A stretch of 64,000 nt of DNA, from positions 96,001 through 160,000 of the forward strand of contig JBPOFY010000006.1 in NCBI GenBank assembly GCA_051252375.1, read 5' to 3'. Made by a program: the position numbers and the translations under genes. Under the pieces are notes generated by a model that worked only from the letters and a program-made list of their open reading frames with translations, made no database searches and was not told the origin of the DNA. Below are positions 47,141 to 57,579 of this stretch, piece after piece. Each line of letters opens with the position of its first letter. The stretch's first letter is position 1. Source of the stretch: Opitutaceae bacterium (GTDB lineage Bacteria; Verrucomicrobiota; Verrucomicrobiia; Opitutales; Coraliomargaritaceae).

Positions 47141-50100
47141 CTACAGCCTTAGCAACTTCTTCCACGCCTCCCATGAATTGCTCAGGGCGATTCTTATATC
47201 TTCTGCGATGAGCAAGATCATCGGCAACAGAATCAAAGTAATTCCTGTGGCAAACATCACCCCGAATCCGACGGAGACCGCCATTGGCTTTAGGAATTGA
47301 GCTTGGACGGAAGTTTCCGCTAGTAAGGGAATCAATCCGACAAAAGTGGTGAGCGTTGTCAGTAAGATCGCGCGGAAACGTTCGCCGCCTGCACGCACGA
47401 TCATGTCGGCAAGGGAAAGACCTTTGGTTTCGCGTTTTAAGTCATCGATGCGATAGACCAATACGAGCGAGTCATTGACCACGATCCCGCTCAACGCGAG
47501 GATGCCGAAGATCGAGAGAATGCTGACTGAAATTCCGATCAAGTAGTGCCCAAGCAATGCTCCGATGATGCCGAACGGTATCACCGACATAATGAAGAGT
47601 GGCTTGATGTAGGATTTTAAAGGGATCGCGATTAAGATATAGATTAGGATGATCGATAGCACGAATCCTGACTTCAAAGAGGACATCGATTTTCCACGTT
47701 GTTCCGCTTCACCAAAAAGGTTGATGCTGATATTTGGGTGTTCAGCTAAAAAGGTGGGGAAGTATTCTTCGGCTAGAAGTGCTAGCACGTCGTCGCCAGT
47801 GGTGATGGTTTTGTCGATCTCTGCCTTGACGGTCACAATACGGTTGAAGTCGGAGCGCTCGATAGATGCTAGTGAGTCGCCGTATTTGGATTCAGCCACG
47901 ATGGAGAGTGGCACGGCAGTGCCGTCGTTGGCGCGTATCCGCATACTACGAAAAGTTTCCAGGTCGGTGCGATCTTCATAGGGATAACGAACCATGACTT
48001 TAACTTCGTCTCGGCCGCGCTGTATGCGTTGGGCTTCTTTGCCGAAGAAGGCACTGCGGATATTGTTGGCCAAGGTGCGCTTGTCGAAACCAGCGGCTTC
48101 GCCTTCGGGCGTGATGGAGACTTGAATCTCTGGGCGGCCGGAATCGAAGGTGTCTTGTATGTCGAAAACTCCAGCGTAGGTGGCAATCTTCACCTTCATT
48201 GCTTCAGCAGCGACATGGAGGTCCTCAAGTGACTCACTGACCAGTTGTATGTTTAGCCCCTGGCCGCGCGGACCTGCTGCCCCAGAGAATGTGAGGCCTT
48301 TGGCTCCGGCGATGGGACGGACCTTGGCACGCCATGCTTTGACGATGTCTGCGGTCGAAATGCTGCGAGTTTCTGACATCGTGAGTTCGGCTGCGATGGC
48401 TGCGCTGACATTTGACGATGCGGAAACTGAAATGTGACGAATGATGGTGTCGCCGGATTTTTCTTCGAGCTCTCGAACCGCCTCTTGTAGTGCGGCGGTG
48501 ATGCGGTCGGCGTTCTCATGTAAGTAATCGACAGGTAGGCCCTGTTCGAGTTCAAGATTCGCCGAGATGGAGTCACGGTAAATAGTGGGGAAGAAGACAA
48601 AGCGTAAGTTCCCTGATGGAATCAAACCGCCGACCATGAGGAGCACGGCTATAAAGGCTGCCAGTGTTATGTAGCGGTAGGGGATTAATAAACGTATCGC
48701 TGGTTGGTAGATCTTTGTTACGAAGTGGTTCAATCCGCGTGCGATACCACCTTGAAAGTTTGCCCATTTTTTCGAGATGAAATTTTTCGGAGGCTGGTTG
48801 ACCTTAATATGATTGAGGTGAGAGGGCAGTATGAGTTTCGACTCAATCAGCGAGAAGATCAGGCACAGGATCACAGCAGTCGCTATTTGCCCGAAGACAT
48901 TTCCCATTCTGCCAGTGACTTGAGTCAATGGATAGAAAGCCGCAATGGTCGTAAGCACACCGAAGGTCGCGGGTGTGACGACGCGTGAAACCCCTTTGAC
49001 GGTCGAATGGAGATCCCGGTGTTTTTCAGTCAGTTCGTCTTCGGCTTCTTTTTCTGTGTAGATCGATTCCCCGATCACGATGGCGTCATCGACAATGATG
49101 CCCAATACGATGATGAACGCGAAAGCAGTCAGCTGGTTGAGCGAGATGTCGATGAATTCGATGGGGAAGCATGCCAGGGCACCTGCGATCGAGATGGGGA
49201 TGCCTAGTGCGACCCAGAATGCCAGCCGCAGGTTGAGGAAAAGCGCGAGCACGATGAGCACTAGTATGCAGCCGAATAGACCGTTGCTGATGAGTAGCGA
49301 TAGGCGTGAGCGGATGGGCTCTGAGCCATCGTCCCAGGATGTCAAAGTAATGCCTGCGGGGAGTCCATGCGTCTCTGCATAGCTGGAGACGAATGCGGCG
49401 GCTTCCTTCGCTATGACGATGATGTCGCCTCTGCCTTCGGAGACGACTTGTATGCCGACAGTGGGTTCGCCATCAAAACGGCTGAGCTTTTTCTGGTCGA
49501 CGAATCCGTCGCGAATATCAGCGACATCGCCGAGATATATACGGGTGCCTTCTGCGGTAGTGCGGAGGGGGATTTTGGCGAAGTCTTCGGCAACGTAGGC
49601 TTGTGACTTGGAACGCACGGAGATGTCGCCGCTATCACTACGCACCACACCAGCTGAGAGGTCGATCGAGTTGCTGGAAATAGCTGCGCTGACTTCATCG
49701 AAGGTTAAGTTATACAACCGTAGTTGTGTTTCGGATACTTCGATCGATATCTCATAATCGCGAGTTCCTGTTGTTTCGACGAGTGTGACGCTGTCTAGCT
49801 TGAGTAAATCATCGCGCAGGGTGCGGGCTGTTTCTTTGAGTAATTCCTCTGAGACATCACCATGCACGTCCACACGTAGAATGTCGTGACTGCGTTTTCT
49901 TTCAGAGAGCACTGGTTTCTCGGCTTCCTCGGGGAAGCTGGAGATGGCATCGACTTGGATCTTTATCTCGTCGAGTAGCTTTTGGATTGGGTAGTCTTCG
50001 ATGGCATCGACAACAATTGACGCACTGGATTCTGTAGAAGTGCTGGAAATATGGTCGATACCTTCGATGCCCTGCAGTGCTTCTTCGATTTTAATGGAGA

Positions 50101-50305
50101 CGCCACGTTCTACATCTTCGGGTGTGCCGCCACGGAAGGGCACTTTGATTCTCACGCTTTCAGCTTCGAAGGACGGGAAGGCTTCTTTGCGCACGTTAAT
50201 CGCGGAATGAACGCCCAATGCTAGGATGATAAGCAGCAGGATGTTTGCGACGACGGAGTTGCTGCAAAACCAAGCAATGATTGGATGCTTTTTAATCGGA
50301 TCCAT
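47141..50305 (-). CDS. RND efflux transporter permease (AcrB-like)
   Basis: 1054 aa, GIIVDDAIVIGE, RFRAILLTTLTT. Confidence 0.93.
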   Translation of the reverse strand: MDPIKKHPIIAWFCSNSVVANILLLIILALGVHSAINVRKEAFPSFEAESVRIKVPFRGGTPEDVERGVSIKIEEALQGIEGIDHISSTSTESSASIVVDAIEDYPIQKLLDEIKIQVDAISSFPEEAEKPVLSERKRSHDILRVDVHGDVSEELLKETARTLRDDLLKLDSVTLVETTGTRDYEISIEVSETQLRLYNLTFDEVSAAISSNSIDLSAGVVRSDSGDISVRSKSQAYVAEDFAKIPLRTTAEGTRIYLGDVADIRDGFVDQKKLSRFDGEPTVGIQVVSEGRGDIIVIAKEAAAFVSSYAETHGLPAGITLTSWDDGSEPIRSRLSLLISNGLFGCILVLIVLALFLNLRLAFWVALGIPISIAGALACFPIEFIDISLNQLTAFAFIIVLGIIVDDAIVIGESIYTEKEAEDELTEKHRDLHSTVKGVSRVVTPATFGVLTTIAAFYPLTQVTGRMGNVFGQIATAVILCLIFSLIESKLILPSHLNHIKVNQPPKNFISKKWANFQGGIARGLNHFVTKIYQPAIRLLIPYRYITLAAFIAVLLMVGGLIPSGNLRFVFFPTIYRDSISANLELEQGLPVDYLHENADRITAALQEAVRELEEKSGDTIIRHISVSASSNVSAAIAAELTMSETRSISTADIVKAWRAKVRPIAGAKGLTFSGAAGPRGQGLNIQLVSESLEDLHVAAEAMKVKIATYAGVFDIQDTFDSGRPEIQVSITPEGEAAGFDKRTLANNIRSAFFGKEAQRIQRGRDEVKVMVRYPYEDRTDLETFRSMRIRANDGTAVPLSIVAESKYGDSLASIERSDFNRIVTVKAEIDKTITTGDDVLALLAEEYFPTFLAEHPNISINLFGEAEQRGKSMSSLKSGFVLSIILIYILIAIPLKSYIKPLFIMSVIPFGIIGALLGHYLIGISVSILSIFGILALSGIVVNDSLVLVYRIDDLKRETKGLSLADMIVRAGGERFRAILLTTLTTFVGLIPLLAETSVQAQFLKPMAVSVGFGVMFATGITLILLPMILLIAEDIRIALSNSWEAWKKLLRL

Positions 50306-50306
50306 G

Positions 50307-51476
50307 CTATTTATTCGCTGAGATTGGTTTCACGGTTTGGTCTTCGCGGAAAGAGGCCAGCGGTCGGGTAGCGATCTTGACTACGCTCTCCTGTGGTAAA
50401 TCGATTTGCACAATCAAGTTATCTCCGTCGGCTAGCAGGCGCGTGACGGCTTGTTTCTTGAGTAGGTTTTCTCCATCCACAATCCAGACGAAATGGTCTT
50501 CGATTAGCGCGGTGTTGGGGATCAGGTGGACAGCATCGATCGTGCTGACTTCGATCCTAGCATCTACAAATGCACCAATGGGCAGAAAGGCATTGGGATC
50601 CTCGAAAGGAGCTTCGATTTCACCGATAACATAGATGACTTGATTCTGCGTATCGACGCTCGGCTCTGTGCGTGTGATTGTAGCTGTCCAAGACGTGTCT
50701 GGCTGGCTCGGCGTGGTGATGATCGCAATCAGTTCGCTGCTGTTTTCGGTTTGGTTACGGAGCGGTAGCTGAATGCGTCTCACTTGATCGGGGGTGAGTG
50801 GTAGACGAACTTCAGCCCGTTCTTTGGCGATTAGCACGCCGAGCTGACTCCCCGAGTTGACGACGTTGCCGGGGCTAGCAGTGCGGCTTTGAACGATGGC
50901 GTCGTATGGTGCGACAATCTTTGTGCGACTGAGGTCGAGCTTGGCTATATCTAAGTTGGCCTGAGCTGAATCGACATTTGCTTTTGCGGCACCCAGCTGT
51001 GGTTTGCGCAAGGTCAGTTCGGTGGCGTCTTCCAGTTTTCGACCCGATTCTGTCCAATCTTTCGCTGCCAATTCGGAGCGAATCATTTCTTCAGCAAGTG
51101 CTTGTTCGGCGGTGGCGAGTGAGGCTTTTCTTTGTGCGATTACGGCGAGATAATCGGCAGGATCAATTTCCAGTAAGCGCTCACCTTTTTTAACGACTTG
51201 TCCGGCATTGAAGGAAGGAGCGATGTTAATGATTTCGCCGGATACTTGAGCGGATAGTTTAGCTTCATAGTAGCTCCGTGTGTTGCCGTATGTGGTGATG
51301 CTTGGCGTGATGCTGTGCGCGGTTGATTCAACTATTCTTACGCCGGGAATGACTACAGGTGGTGTTTTGGCCACTCGTTCGGGTTTGCTCGCGATCATGT
51401 GCTTAACCGCGAGGAATGCGATGAGAACGATAAGTGGCAGTAGAGCCAGGTTGAGTAAGCGTTGATAGTTCGTCAT
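50307..51476 (-). CDS. RND efflux membrane fusion protein
   Basis: N-terminal TM, QVSGEI, lipoyl-like GQVVKKGE..., TKIVAPYDAIV. Confidence 0.92.
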   Translation of the reverse strand: MTNYQRLLNLALLPLIVLIAFLAVKHMIASKPERVAKTPPVVIPGVRIVESTAHSITPSITTYGNTRSYYEAKLSAQVSGEIINIAPSFNAGQVVKKGERLLEIDPADYLAVIAQRKASLATAEQALAEEMIRSELAAKDWTESGRKLEDATELTLRKPQLGAAKANVDSAQANLDIAKLDLSRTKIVAPYDAIVQSRTASPGNVVNSGSQLGVLIAKERAEVRLPLTPDQVRRIQLPLRNQTENSSELIAIITTPSQPDTSWTATITRTEPSVDTQNQVIYVIGEIEAPFEDPNAFLPIGAFVDARIEVSTIDAVHLIPNTALIEDHFVWIVDGENLLKKQAVTRLLADGDNLIVQIDLPQESVVKIATRPLASFREDQTVKPISANK

Positions 51477-51510
51477 GAGATCAATGTTTCGAAATTTGTA
51501 GAAGTGTCGG

Positions 51511-52908
51511 CTATACGCCTCGACCAATGGCGAGCGCGAGGCTCACTCGATTCGTGAGGCGAGCAGCATGCAGGTTGATCGTGCGCTCTTCGGTCGAAAA
51601 GACACGGCGTTGTGCTTCAAGTAGAGTGAGAATATCAGTCAGTCCTGATTCATAATCGCGGAGGGTCTTAGCCTCTGCACTACGTGCGGCTTTCAAAGCT
51701 TCTAGGCGAGCGGTCGCTTCGTTGAGTAAGTAACGCTCAGCGCTGAGTGCATTTTCAACTTCGCGAAATGCGTTGAGCACGACGGACCGATAGCTTTGGT
51801 AGGCTTGCTCCGCGCGTTTGCCAGCAGCACCTAATTCAGCTCGACGCAAACCAGCGTCAAATAGGGGGGCCGAGACTTGGCCCGCGAGTGACCAGACGTC
51901 AAAGCCACTGCGTCCGAGATTCGAGAGTGTATCGGAGCTGCGACCTCCACTAGCTGTTAAGGTAAAGGTGGGGAACAAGTCAGCGTAGGCCACTTTGACG
52001 CGGGCATCGGCGGCGAGTATTCGTTGATAGGCGGCAACAATGTCGGGACGGACGAGCAGTAGGTCGGAGGGTAGGCCTGCAGGCACGGTGCGCTCTAGCG
52101 ATGGCCAGTTGCGCACGGCGATCAGTGAGGCGTCTGGGTATTGCCCGAGTAAAGTTTGTAGGGAGCGAGCGGCTTGGTTGCGGTCTTCAGTTGCAGATTG
52201 ATAGTCGGCCCGCGCATTGGCTGCGTCAGTCCGTGCGAGTTCGAGCGCGGCTAGGGTAGCCGTGCCTGATTCGTATTGCCGGGTGAGCAGTCGTTCGGTG
52301 TCAGCTAAGCTGTCACGGCGGCGCTCTGCGAGATCGAGTAGTTTGCCCTGGGTGATCAGGTTGAACCAACTTTGCATCGACTGCGCGACGAGTGATTGCT
52401 GGGCCGCTTCATAGTTAGCGGTCAGTGCAGCATTGTTGGCTTTGCTGGCTTTAACACTGTTACGAATGCCTCCCCATACATCGACTTCCCAGCGTGCGTC
52501 TAAGCCCGCGGAGTAGGATGACGTGGTTGCTTTGCTGTTACCTCCAGAACGACCGGCAGAACCGTCGGCTGAAAGAGAAGGGAAGAGACCTGCTTGAGCC
52601 TTCTTTAAGTTGAAGTTGGATTCTTCCAGCTGTGCGTATACGGCGAGTAAGTTGGGATTGTTAGCAAGGGCCGTCTGGCTGAGCTCCGCCAGTTGTGGGT
52701 CTTGAAAAAGTTCTAAGAGTGAGTCGACCAACTGTGGAGCCTCCATTTGCCCACTTGCATATGTCTTAGGAGTCAGAACTGCCTCTTCTAGGCGCGCAGC
52801 TTGCTTTTCAGGAGTGCTCACACAGCCACTGATGAACAGCATGGCAGTGGTCAATAGGAGCGAGGGTCGCATACCTTTTTTCAGGCTATGATAGGTTTTA
52901 GGAAACAT
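51511..52908 (-). CDS. Outer-membrane efflux lipoprotein (OprM/NodT family)
   Basis: Lipobox ISGC, ALANNPNL, WEVDVWG, PSDLL..RPDI. Confidence 0.92.
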   Translation of the reverse strand: MFPKTYHSLKKGMRPSLLLTTAMLFISGCVSTPEKQAARLEEAVLTPKTYASGQMEAPQLVDSLLELFQDPQLAELSQTALANNPNLLAVYAQLEESNFNLKKAQAGLFPSLSADGSAGRSGGNSKATTSSYSAGLDARWEVDVWGGIRNSVKASKANNAALTANYEAAQQSLVAQSMQSWFNLITQGKLLDLAERRRDSLADTERLLTRQYESGTATLAALELARTDAANARADYQSATEDRNQAARSLQTLLGQYPDASLIAVRNWPSLERTVPAGLPSDLLLVRPDIVAAYQRILAADARVKVAYADLFPTFTLTASGGRSSDTLSNLGRSGFDVWSLAGQVSAPLFDAGLRRAELGAAGKRAEQAYQSYRSVVLNAFREVENALSAERYLLNEATARLEALKAARSAEAKTLRDYESGLTDILTLLEAQRRVFSTEERTINLHAARLTNRVSLALAIGRGV

Positions 52909-53123
52909 GTTTGTGCCGATGTATCTAGTATGTGGGCTTGTGCAATAGGAGTGATTCTTTTCAGTGGTCTTAATCGCGCTTGATCAGCTATGTCCTGAAC
53001 ATCGTAAAAATCAAACAATTGTTTCATTTTATCTGCGGAAGTATGATCAGCCAGTGCAACATAATCGGTAGTCAGGCGATTAGATTCATATAACATATCA
53101 TTTCACCTTCTTTTGTGTTCATT

Positions 53124-54617
53124 ATGAAAATTTCCATAACCCTTTACTCGATGTTCGGCTTGGCCAGTGTGGCGTCTGCAGTGACTTATCCGATCGTTGA
53201 TACCGCGCAGGTGCAATGTTATGATACTGAAAAGGCGATCGCTTATCCGAAAGGTAAGCAATACTACGGGCAAGACGCGCAATACGCGGGTCATGCGGCC
53301 TCGTATGTTGACAACGGCGATGGCACAGTGAGCGATCAGGTCACTGGTTTAATGTGGACGAAAGATCCCGGCGCGAAGAAAACCTACGAGGAGGCGGTGA
53401 CCGATGCGGCAACTTGTCGCGTGGGTGGTCACAGTGATTGGCGTCTGCCGACGATTAAGCAGTTATATTCTTTAATCCAGTTGAATGGCACCGATCCGGA
53501 TCCAAAAGCTGTTGGGGTCGACTCACTGACGCCATTTATCGATGCCTCGGTTTTTGATTTTGAGTATGGAGACGCAAGTAAAGGGGAGCGCATCATTGAT
53601 TCGCAGTTCGCCACTAGCACCTTGTATGTGAGCACCACGATGAAAGGCGCGAAGACCGATTTCGGAGTGAACTTTGCCGATGGTCGTATTAAAGGGTATG
53701 GTTTAATGAATCCACGCGGCAGGGAGAAGACCTTCTTTGTGCTCTATGTTCGCGGCAACCCAGACTATGGCGTGAATGCATTTAAAGATAATGGCGACGG
53801 CACGATTGCCGACACGGCCACTGGATTGACATGGATGCAGTCTGATAGCGGTAAGGGCATGGATTGGCCCGCGGCTTTAGCGTATGCCGAAGGTATGGAT
53901 TTCGCCGGACACAGCGACTGGAGGCTGCCCAATGCAAAAGAGCTGCAGAGTATTATCGATTACACGCGCTCACCCGATACGACTGACTCAGCAGCGATTG
54001 ATCCGCTCTTTGAGTCTACGTCACTTACTAATGAGCAAGGCGTGAAGGACTATGGCCATTATTGGACCAGTAGCACGCACGCGAGTAGTCGCAATGCGGC
54101 GCAAGCTGTCTACTTTGCTTTCGGTCGGTCACTCGGCTATATGAAAGATCGACGCACCGGAGAAGGTGCTTGGTTGGATGTGCATGGTGCTGGTTCGCAA
54201 CGCAGCGATCCGAAAGTCGGCGATGCATCCAAATTTCCTCAAGGGCGCGGACCACAGGGCGATGCAATTCGAATTGATAACATGGTGCGCCTTGTTCGCG
54301 GAGGAGAAGCAGTGCTCGTGACAGAGGAGCCGAAGGTGACGAGTAGTCCAAAACGAGAACCCGCACCTCAAAAGCAAATGCCCGAGCCAGAGCGTGAACG
54401 ACCAGAGCCGTCGATGGAAGCAGGGCGTCCGCCAATGGGTGAAGAATCTGCCGGAGCACATTTTGTGAAACGCCTAGACAGCGATGGCGATGGCAAGGTT
54501 TCCAAATCAGAGTTTGATGGACCCAAAGCCCACTTCTCAGAGTTTGATAGCAATGGCGACGGCTTCATCACAGTGGCCGAAGCCCCCTCTGGTCCGCCTA
54601 AAGGTCCTAGCCGCTAG
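53124..54617 (+). CDS. Secreted DUF1566 (Lcl-type) repeat protein with C-terminal EF-hands
   Basis: Two DNGDGT..D..TGL.W...DWRLP..KEL repeats; DSDGDGKVS, DSNGDGFIT. Confidence 0.85.
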   Translation: MKISITLYSMFGLASVASAVTYPIVDTAQVQCYDTEKAIAYPKGKQYYGQDAQYAGHAASYVDNGDGTVSDQVTGLMWTKDPGAKKTYEEAVTDAATCRVGGHSDWRLPTIKQLYSLIQLNGTDPDPKAVGVDSLTPFIDASVFDFEYGDASKGERIIDSQFATSTLYVSTTMKGAKTDFGVNFADGRIKGYGLMNPRGREKTFFVLYVRGNPDYGVNAFKDNGDGTIADTATGLTWMQSDSGKGMDWPAALAYAEGMDFAGHSDWRLPNAKELQSIIDYTRSPDTTDSAAIDPLFESTSLTNEQGVKDYGHYWTSSTHASSRNAAQAVYFAFGRSLGYMKDRRTGEGAWLDVHGAGSQRSDPKVGDASKFPQGRGPQGDAIRIDNMVRLVRGGEAVLVTEEPKVTSSPKREPAPQKQMPEPERERPEPSMEAGRPPMGEESAGAHFVKRLDSDGDGKVSKSEFDGPKAHFSEFDSNGDGFITVAEAPSGPPKGPSR

Positions 54618-54626
54618 TTTGTTTGA

Positions 54627-55310
54627 CTAATATCCGCTGCCGGATGCGGCACCTTCGCCGGAGCAAATGGCTGCACAGGAGTTCCAGCCGACACCGAGGC
54701 GGTGGACCCCCATGTCGACGAAATGCTGTGCGCCAGCTGCATCGCGAATGCCACCTGATGGCTTTACTTTGATGCGACCTGCGGCGGTATCGAGCATGAC
54801 TTGCACATCTTCGACCTTTGCGCCTTCGCCGTTGAATCCTGTGGATGTCTTGACGAAGTCCGCGCCGGCTTCGATGCAGATTTCAACAGTCTTGGCGATA
54901 TCTGCGGCGTCGAGGTGAGCCGTTTCAAAGATGACCTTCATGACGATGCCAGCGGCTTTGGTTTGTTGAGCCACGCCAGCGATGTCTGCTTTCACGCGGT
55001 CCCATTCGCCGGATTTGATGAGCCCGTAGTTGGCCACCATGTCGATTTCATCGACACCCATCGCGATGTAGCGTGCGGCTTCTTCGGCTTTCGACTCAGG
55101 GAGTTGGAGGCCATGTGGAAAGCCTAGCACGACGCAGACCGCGGTCTCGGTGTCTTTGCAGAGCGACTGCGCCAGCACAATGTCGCAAGGGCGCACGCAT
55201 ACACTGAATGTGTTCAACGCGAGGCATTCTTTAATCGCATGGATCGTTTCCTCCTGAGTGAATTCAGGTTTAAGGATAGCGGCGTCAAGGTAGCGGTTGA
55301 GTGATGGCAT
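54627..55310 (-). CDS. deoC: Deoxyribose-phosphate aldolase
   Basis: VLGFPHG, DEIDMV, KVIFET, ADFVKTSTGF, KPSGGIR. Confidence 0.95.
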   Translation of the reverse strand: MPSLNRYLDAAILKPEFTQEETIHAIKECLALNTFSVCVRPCDIVLAQSLCKDTETAVCVVLGFPHGLQLPESKAEEAARYIAMGVDEIDMVANYGLIKSGEWDRVKADIAGVAQQTKAAGIVMKVIFETAHLDAADIAKTVEICIEAGADFVKTSTGFNGEGAKVEDVQVMLDTAAGRIKVKPSGGIRDAAGAQHFVDMGVHRLGVGWNSCAAICSGEGAASGSGY

Positions 55311-55398
55311 GCGTGTGTTGGGCTCAGTGTGAAAAAAAGATTCCCAAAAAATGAGCTTTTGCGTGGATGCTGTCGATAAAACTAAGGCTAATGATTTT

Positions 55399-55531
55399 AA
55401 CCACGAAGTGCAGTGAGCGCACGAAGGGGCAGTGAGCGACGATGGCGGTAAATCTCACACAGAGGCACTTAGTCACGGAGGTGAATTGGTTTCACGTATG
55501 AAGGGCTTCGTGCCTTCGTGACCTTCGTGGT
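55399..55531. repeat. Inverted short-period (C)ACGAAG/CTTCGTG repeats
   Basis: AACCACGAAG...GCACGAAG facing CTTCGTG-CCTTCGTG-ACCTTCGTGGT. Confidence 0.6.
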
Positions 55532-55543
55532 AAAGCCTAAACC

Positions 55544-55759
55544 TTATTTATACTCTGAGAGTGTGGCACCTTTGATTAAGCGGCAAAACTCCTTTTTGGT
55601 CGCGGTCTTATGTTTGCCGTCTTTTGAAAGCAAGTTGGCCATTTCTTTGTATTCCACAGCTAGGCGTTCGAGCAGCACGATGCGTAGAAAGAGGCTTTGA
55701 TCACCATGGCCGTGGACGGCGGGTGAGGTTTTCCAGACTTGTCCTTGTTCGAGTTTCAT
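55544..55759 (-). CDS. Small hypothetical protein
   Basis: MKLEQGQVWK...LRIV.LERLAVEYK...KKEFCRLIKGA; protein-like composition. Confidence 0.65.
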   Translation of the reverse strand: MKLEQGQVWKTSPAVHGHGDQSLFLRIVLLERLAVEYKEMANLLSKDGKHKTATKKEFCRLIKGATLSEYK

Positions 55760-55801
55760 TTTCGGAGCCAATCGACGAATCTGCGCAGAGGCAAGGCGCT
55801 A

Positions 55802-56359
55802 TCAGTAAGATCTTGGATTTTCAATTATGTCCGCGAGATCGACTTCTTCCAGGCCGAGAATGCCGCAAATAGCCGTTTTTATGAATTTCGCTTGGGCGTG
55901 TTCCTCTAGACCAGTGATGAGTTTATGCTCTTTCTTTCCGTCGGCTAATAGCATGACGCGGTATGTGATGGTGTCGCCGTTTTCGCCTGATTGGACGTGT
56001 TCTTTGGTATAGAGGCGGGTAATGCGATGAATGGGGATTTCTTTGAGCCCGATCCATGGAAGTGGGGTGTGTTGGGTAGTCAGCTGTTCTGGCGTGATTG
56101 TGATATCTGTGACGTTGAGGAATTTCGCCGTGGTGAAATAAATGAGGTAAAGTCCTACGCCAGCGTGAAGCGAGCCGAAGGCTGCCATCAGCCATGCGCC
56201 ATCACGGATCGCGAGTCCCATCCACACGACCATGAATCCATTCCATAAGATCGAGAAAAATAGATAGAAGAACGCGGAATTAGTAAACCACTTACGCCGA
56301 ATAATGAAAGATTCGCCGTCGCTGAAAGTTTCGATATTTTTCGGGAATGCCGCACTCAT
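55802..56359 (-). CDS. Hypothetical two-TM membrane protein
   Basis: Two TM helices followed by a beta-rich soluble domain. Confidence 0.75.
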   Translation of the reverse strand: MSAAFPKNIETFSDGESFIIRRKWFTNSAFFYLFFSILWNGFMVVWMGLAIRDGAWLMAAFGSLHAGVGLYLIYFTTAKFLNVTDITITPEQLTTQHTPLPWIGLKEIPIHRITRLYTKEHVQSGENGDTITYRVMLLADGKKEHKLITGLEEHAQAKFIKTAICGILGLEEVDLADIIENPRSY

Positions 56360-56476
56360 TTGTTTAGTGGGCTTTCTGCCAGTCGATGGCGTTTAGCTTG
56401 AGCGTGGAAAGAAATACGCAACATCCCAGTCCGACGAAATGACGACTCAACGCGTTCATGTTGTTTTGCGTCTAGC

Positions 56477-57397
56477 TTAGAGGAGTGACTTTGAGTCGAG
56501 CACCGCCACGCTGTTACGCATTTTAAAGGCACGCGCCAAGGTATACTCGAAAACACGTGAGTCACCGTGCTGACTGACCCAGTTTAGGTGTTTTTCAGCC
56601 TGCTCGGGCTGGTTTTCGTGACGTAATTTTAAGCCGATGTAAGTCTGCGCTTCAGTTTCCTGGGCGGTATCCATCACGTAACTGATCAATCCTTCTGCGC
56701 TGATCTTGCCGCTTAGGTAATCGATGACTGGGCTGGGCCACTGATTGATATTACGGTTCTTTGTGGCGTAGTTCAGCGTGCGCTCAGCAGAAACGAGGTC
56801 ATCAGTTTCAAGGTATGCGAAATATGCGATTAGCAAGGGATAGATCGAGGTCTCGCCTGCGCGGTCATACATAAGTGATGCGGTTTTGGCCGACGCGGCT
56901 GCTTCCGTGAATTCACCTCGGCACATGCGGGTCCAGGCAAGTGTTTCATAGTAGAAGCCGTTGACCGGTTTGTTTGCAGTGGCGTGCTGAAAAGAGTTAA
57001 GTGCCTCGTCGAAATCCTCCAAGTTAAATGCCGCAAGACCACGGCCATTCCATGCATGCATGTGGCGAGGGTAGTTTTGAATAATGAGGTCGTAGGAAGT
57101 AAAGGCTTGGTCGTGTTTTTGCTGTTCCGCGTAGATCATGGCCCTGCCCAACAACGCGGAAAGATCGGTCGCATCGCTTTCGAGTGCCTTGCTGAAGCTT
57201 TCGAGCGCAATATTGGGTTGCCCCGCTTCGAGTTGAACATAGCCCTCTGTGACGAAGGGGTTGGTCTCAAGCAAAGGGTCATTTACTTCAGCTTGAACGT
57301 GATACGAAAAGAGCAGGCAGGCGCAGATCAGTAGCTGGCCAGATGTTTTCAAAAAGGACGGCCGTTGTCGGTTCGAATGGTTATCGAGGGGTAACAT
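56477..57397 (-). CDS. Tetratricopeptide-repeat protein (NlpI-like C-terminus)
   Basis: TPR patterns (AWNGRGLA.FNL..FDEAL); WPSPVIDYLSGKIS...EAQTYIG. Confidence 0.8.
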   Translation of the reverse strand: MLPLDNHSNRQRPSFLKTSGQLLICACLLFSYHVQAEVNDPLLETNPFVTEGYVQLEAGQPNIALESFSKALESDATDLSALLGRAMIYAEQQKHDQAFTSYDLIIQNYPRHMHAWNGRGLAAFNLEDFDEALNSFQHATANKPVNGFYYETLAWTRMCRGEFTEAAASAKTASLMYDRAGETSIYPLLIAYFAYLETDDLVSAERTLNYATKNRNINQWPSPVIDYLSGKISAEGLISYVMDTAQETEAQTYIGLKLRHENQPEQAEKHLNWVSQHGDSRVFEYTLARAFKMRNSVAVLDSKSLL

Positions 57398-57579
57398 GGA
57401 TGCTACACACTAGCTTCAATCTCCGTGGGGACAATGCCAATGTGACGATTTTTTGCGAGCTGGCTGCGGCTTCTAGTAGAGGGGCGAATTGTGTAATGCG
57501 TCCAAAGGCAGTCTAATGACTTTGCTAACCTTGTAGTTGTGCATTGAAAGTCCTGCAAAGCCCTGCATTCTAACTGAGA

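Noticed and set aside
52881..53096. 71-aa ORF upstream of the RND operon
   Set aside because: Occupies the divergent promoter gap and overlaps the OMF start; no motif, so it cannot be supported.
53124..54617. DUF1566 protein as a diversity-generating retroelement target
   Set aside because: No reverse transcriptase and no template repeat with adenine-specific differences; the two repeats are ordinary diverged domain duplicates.
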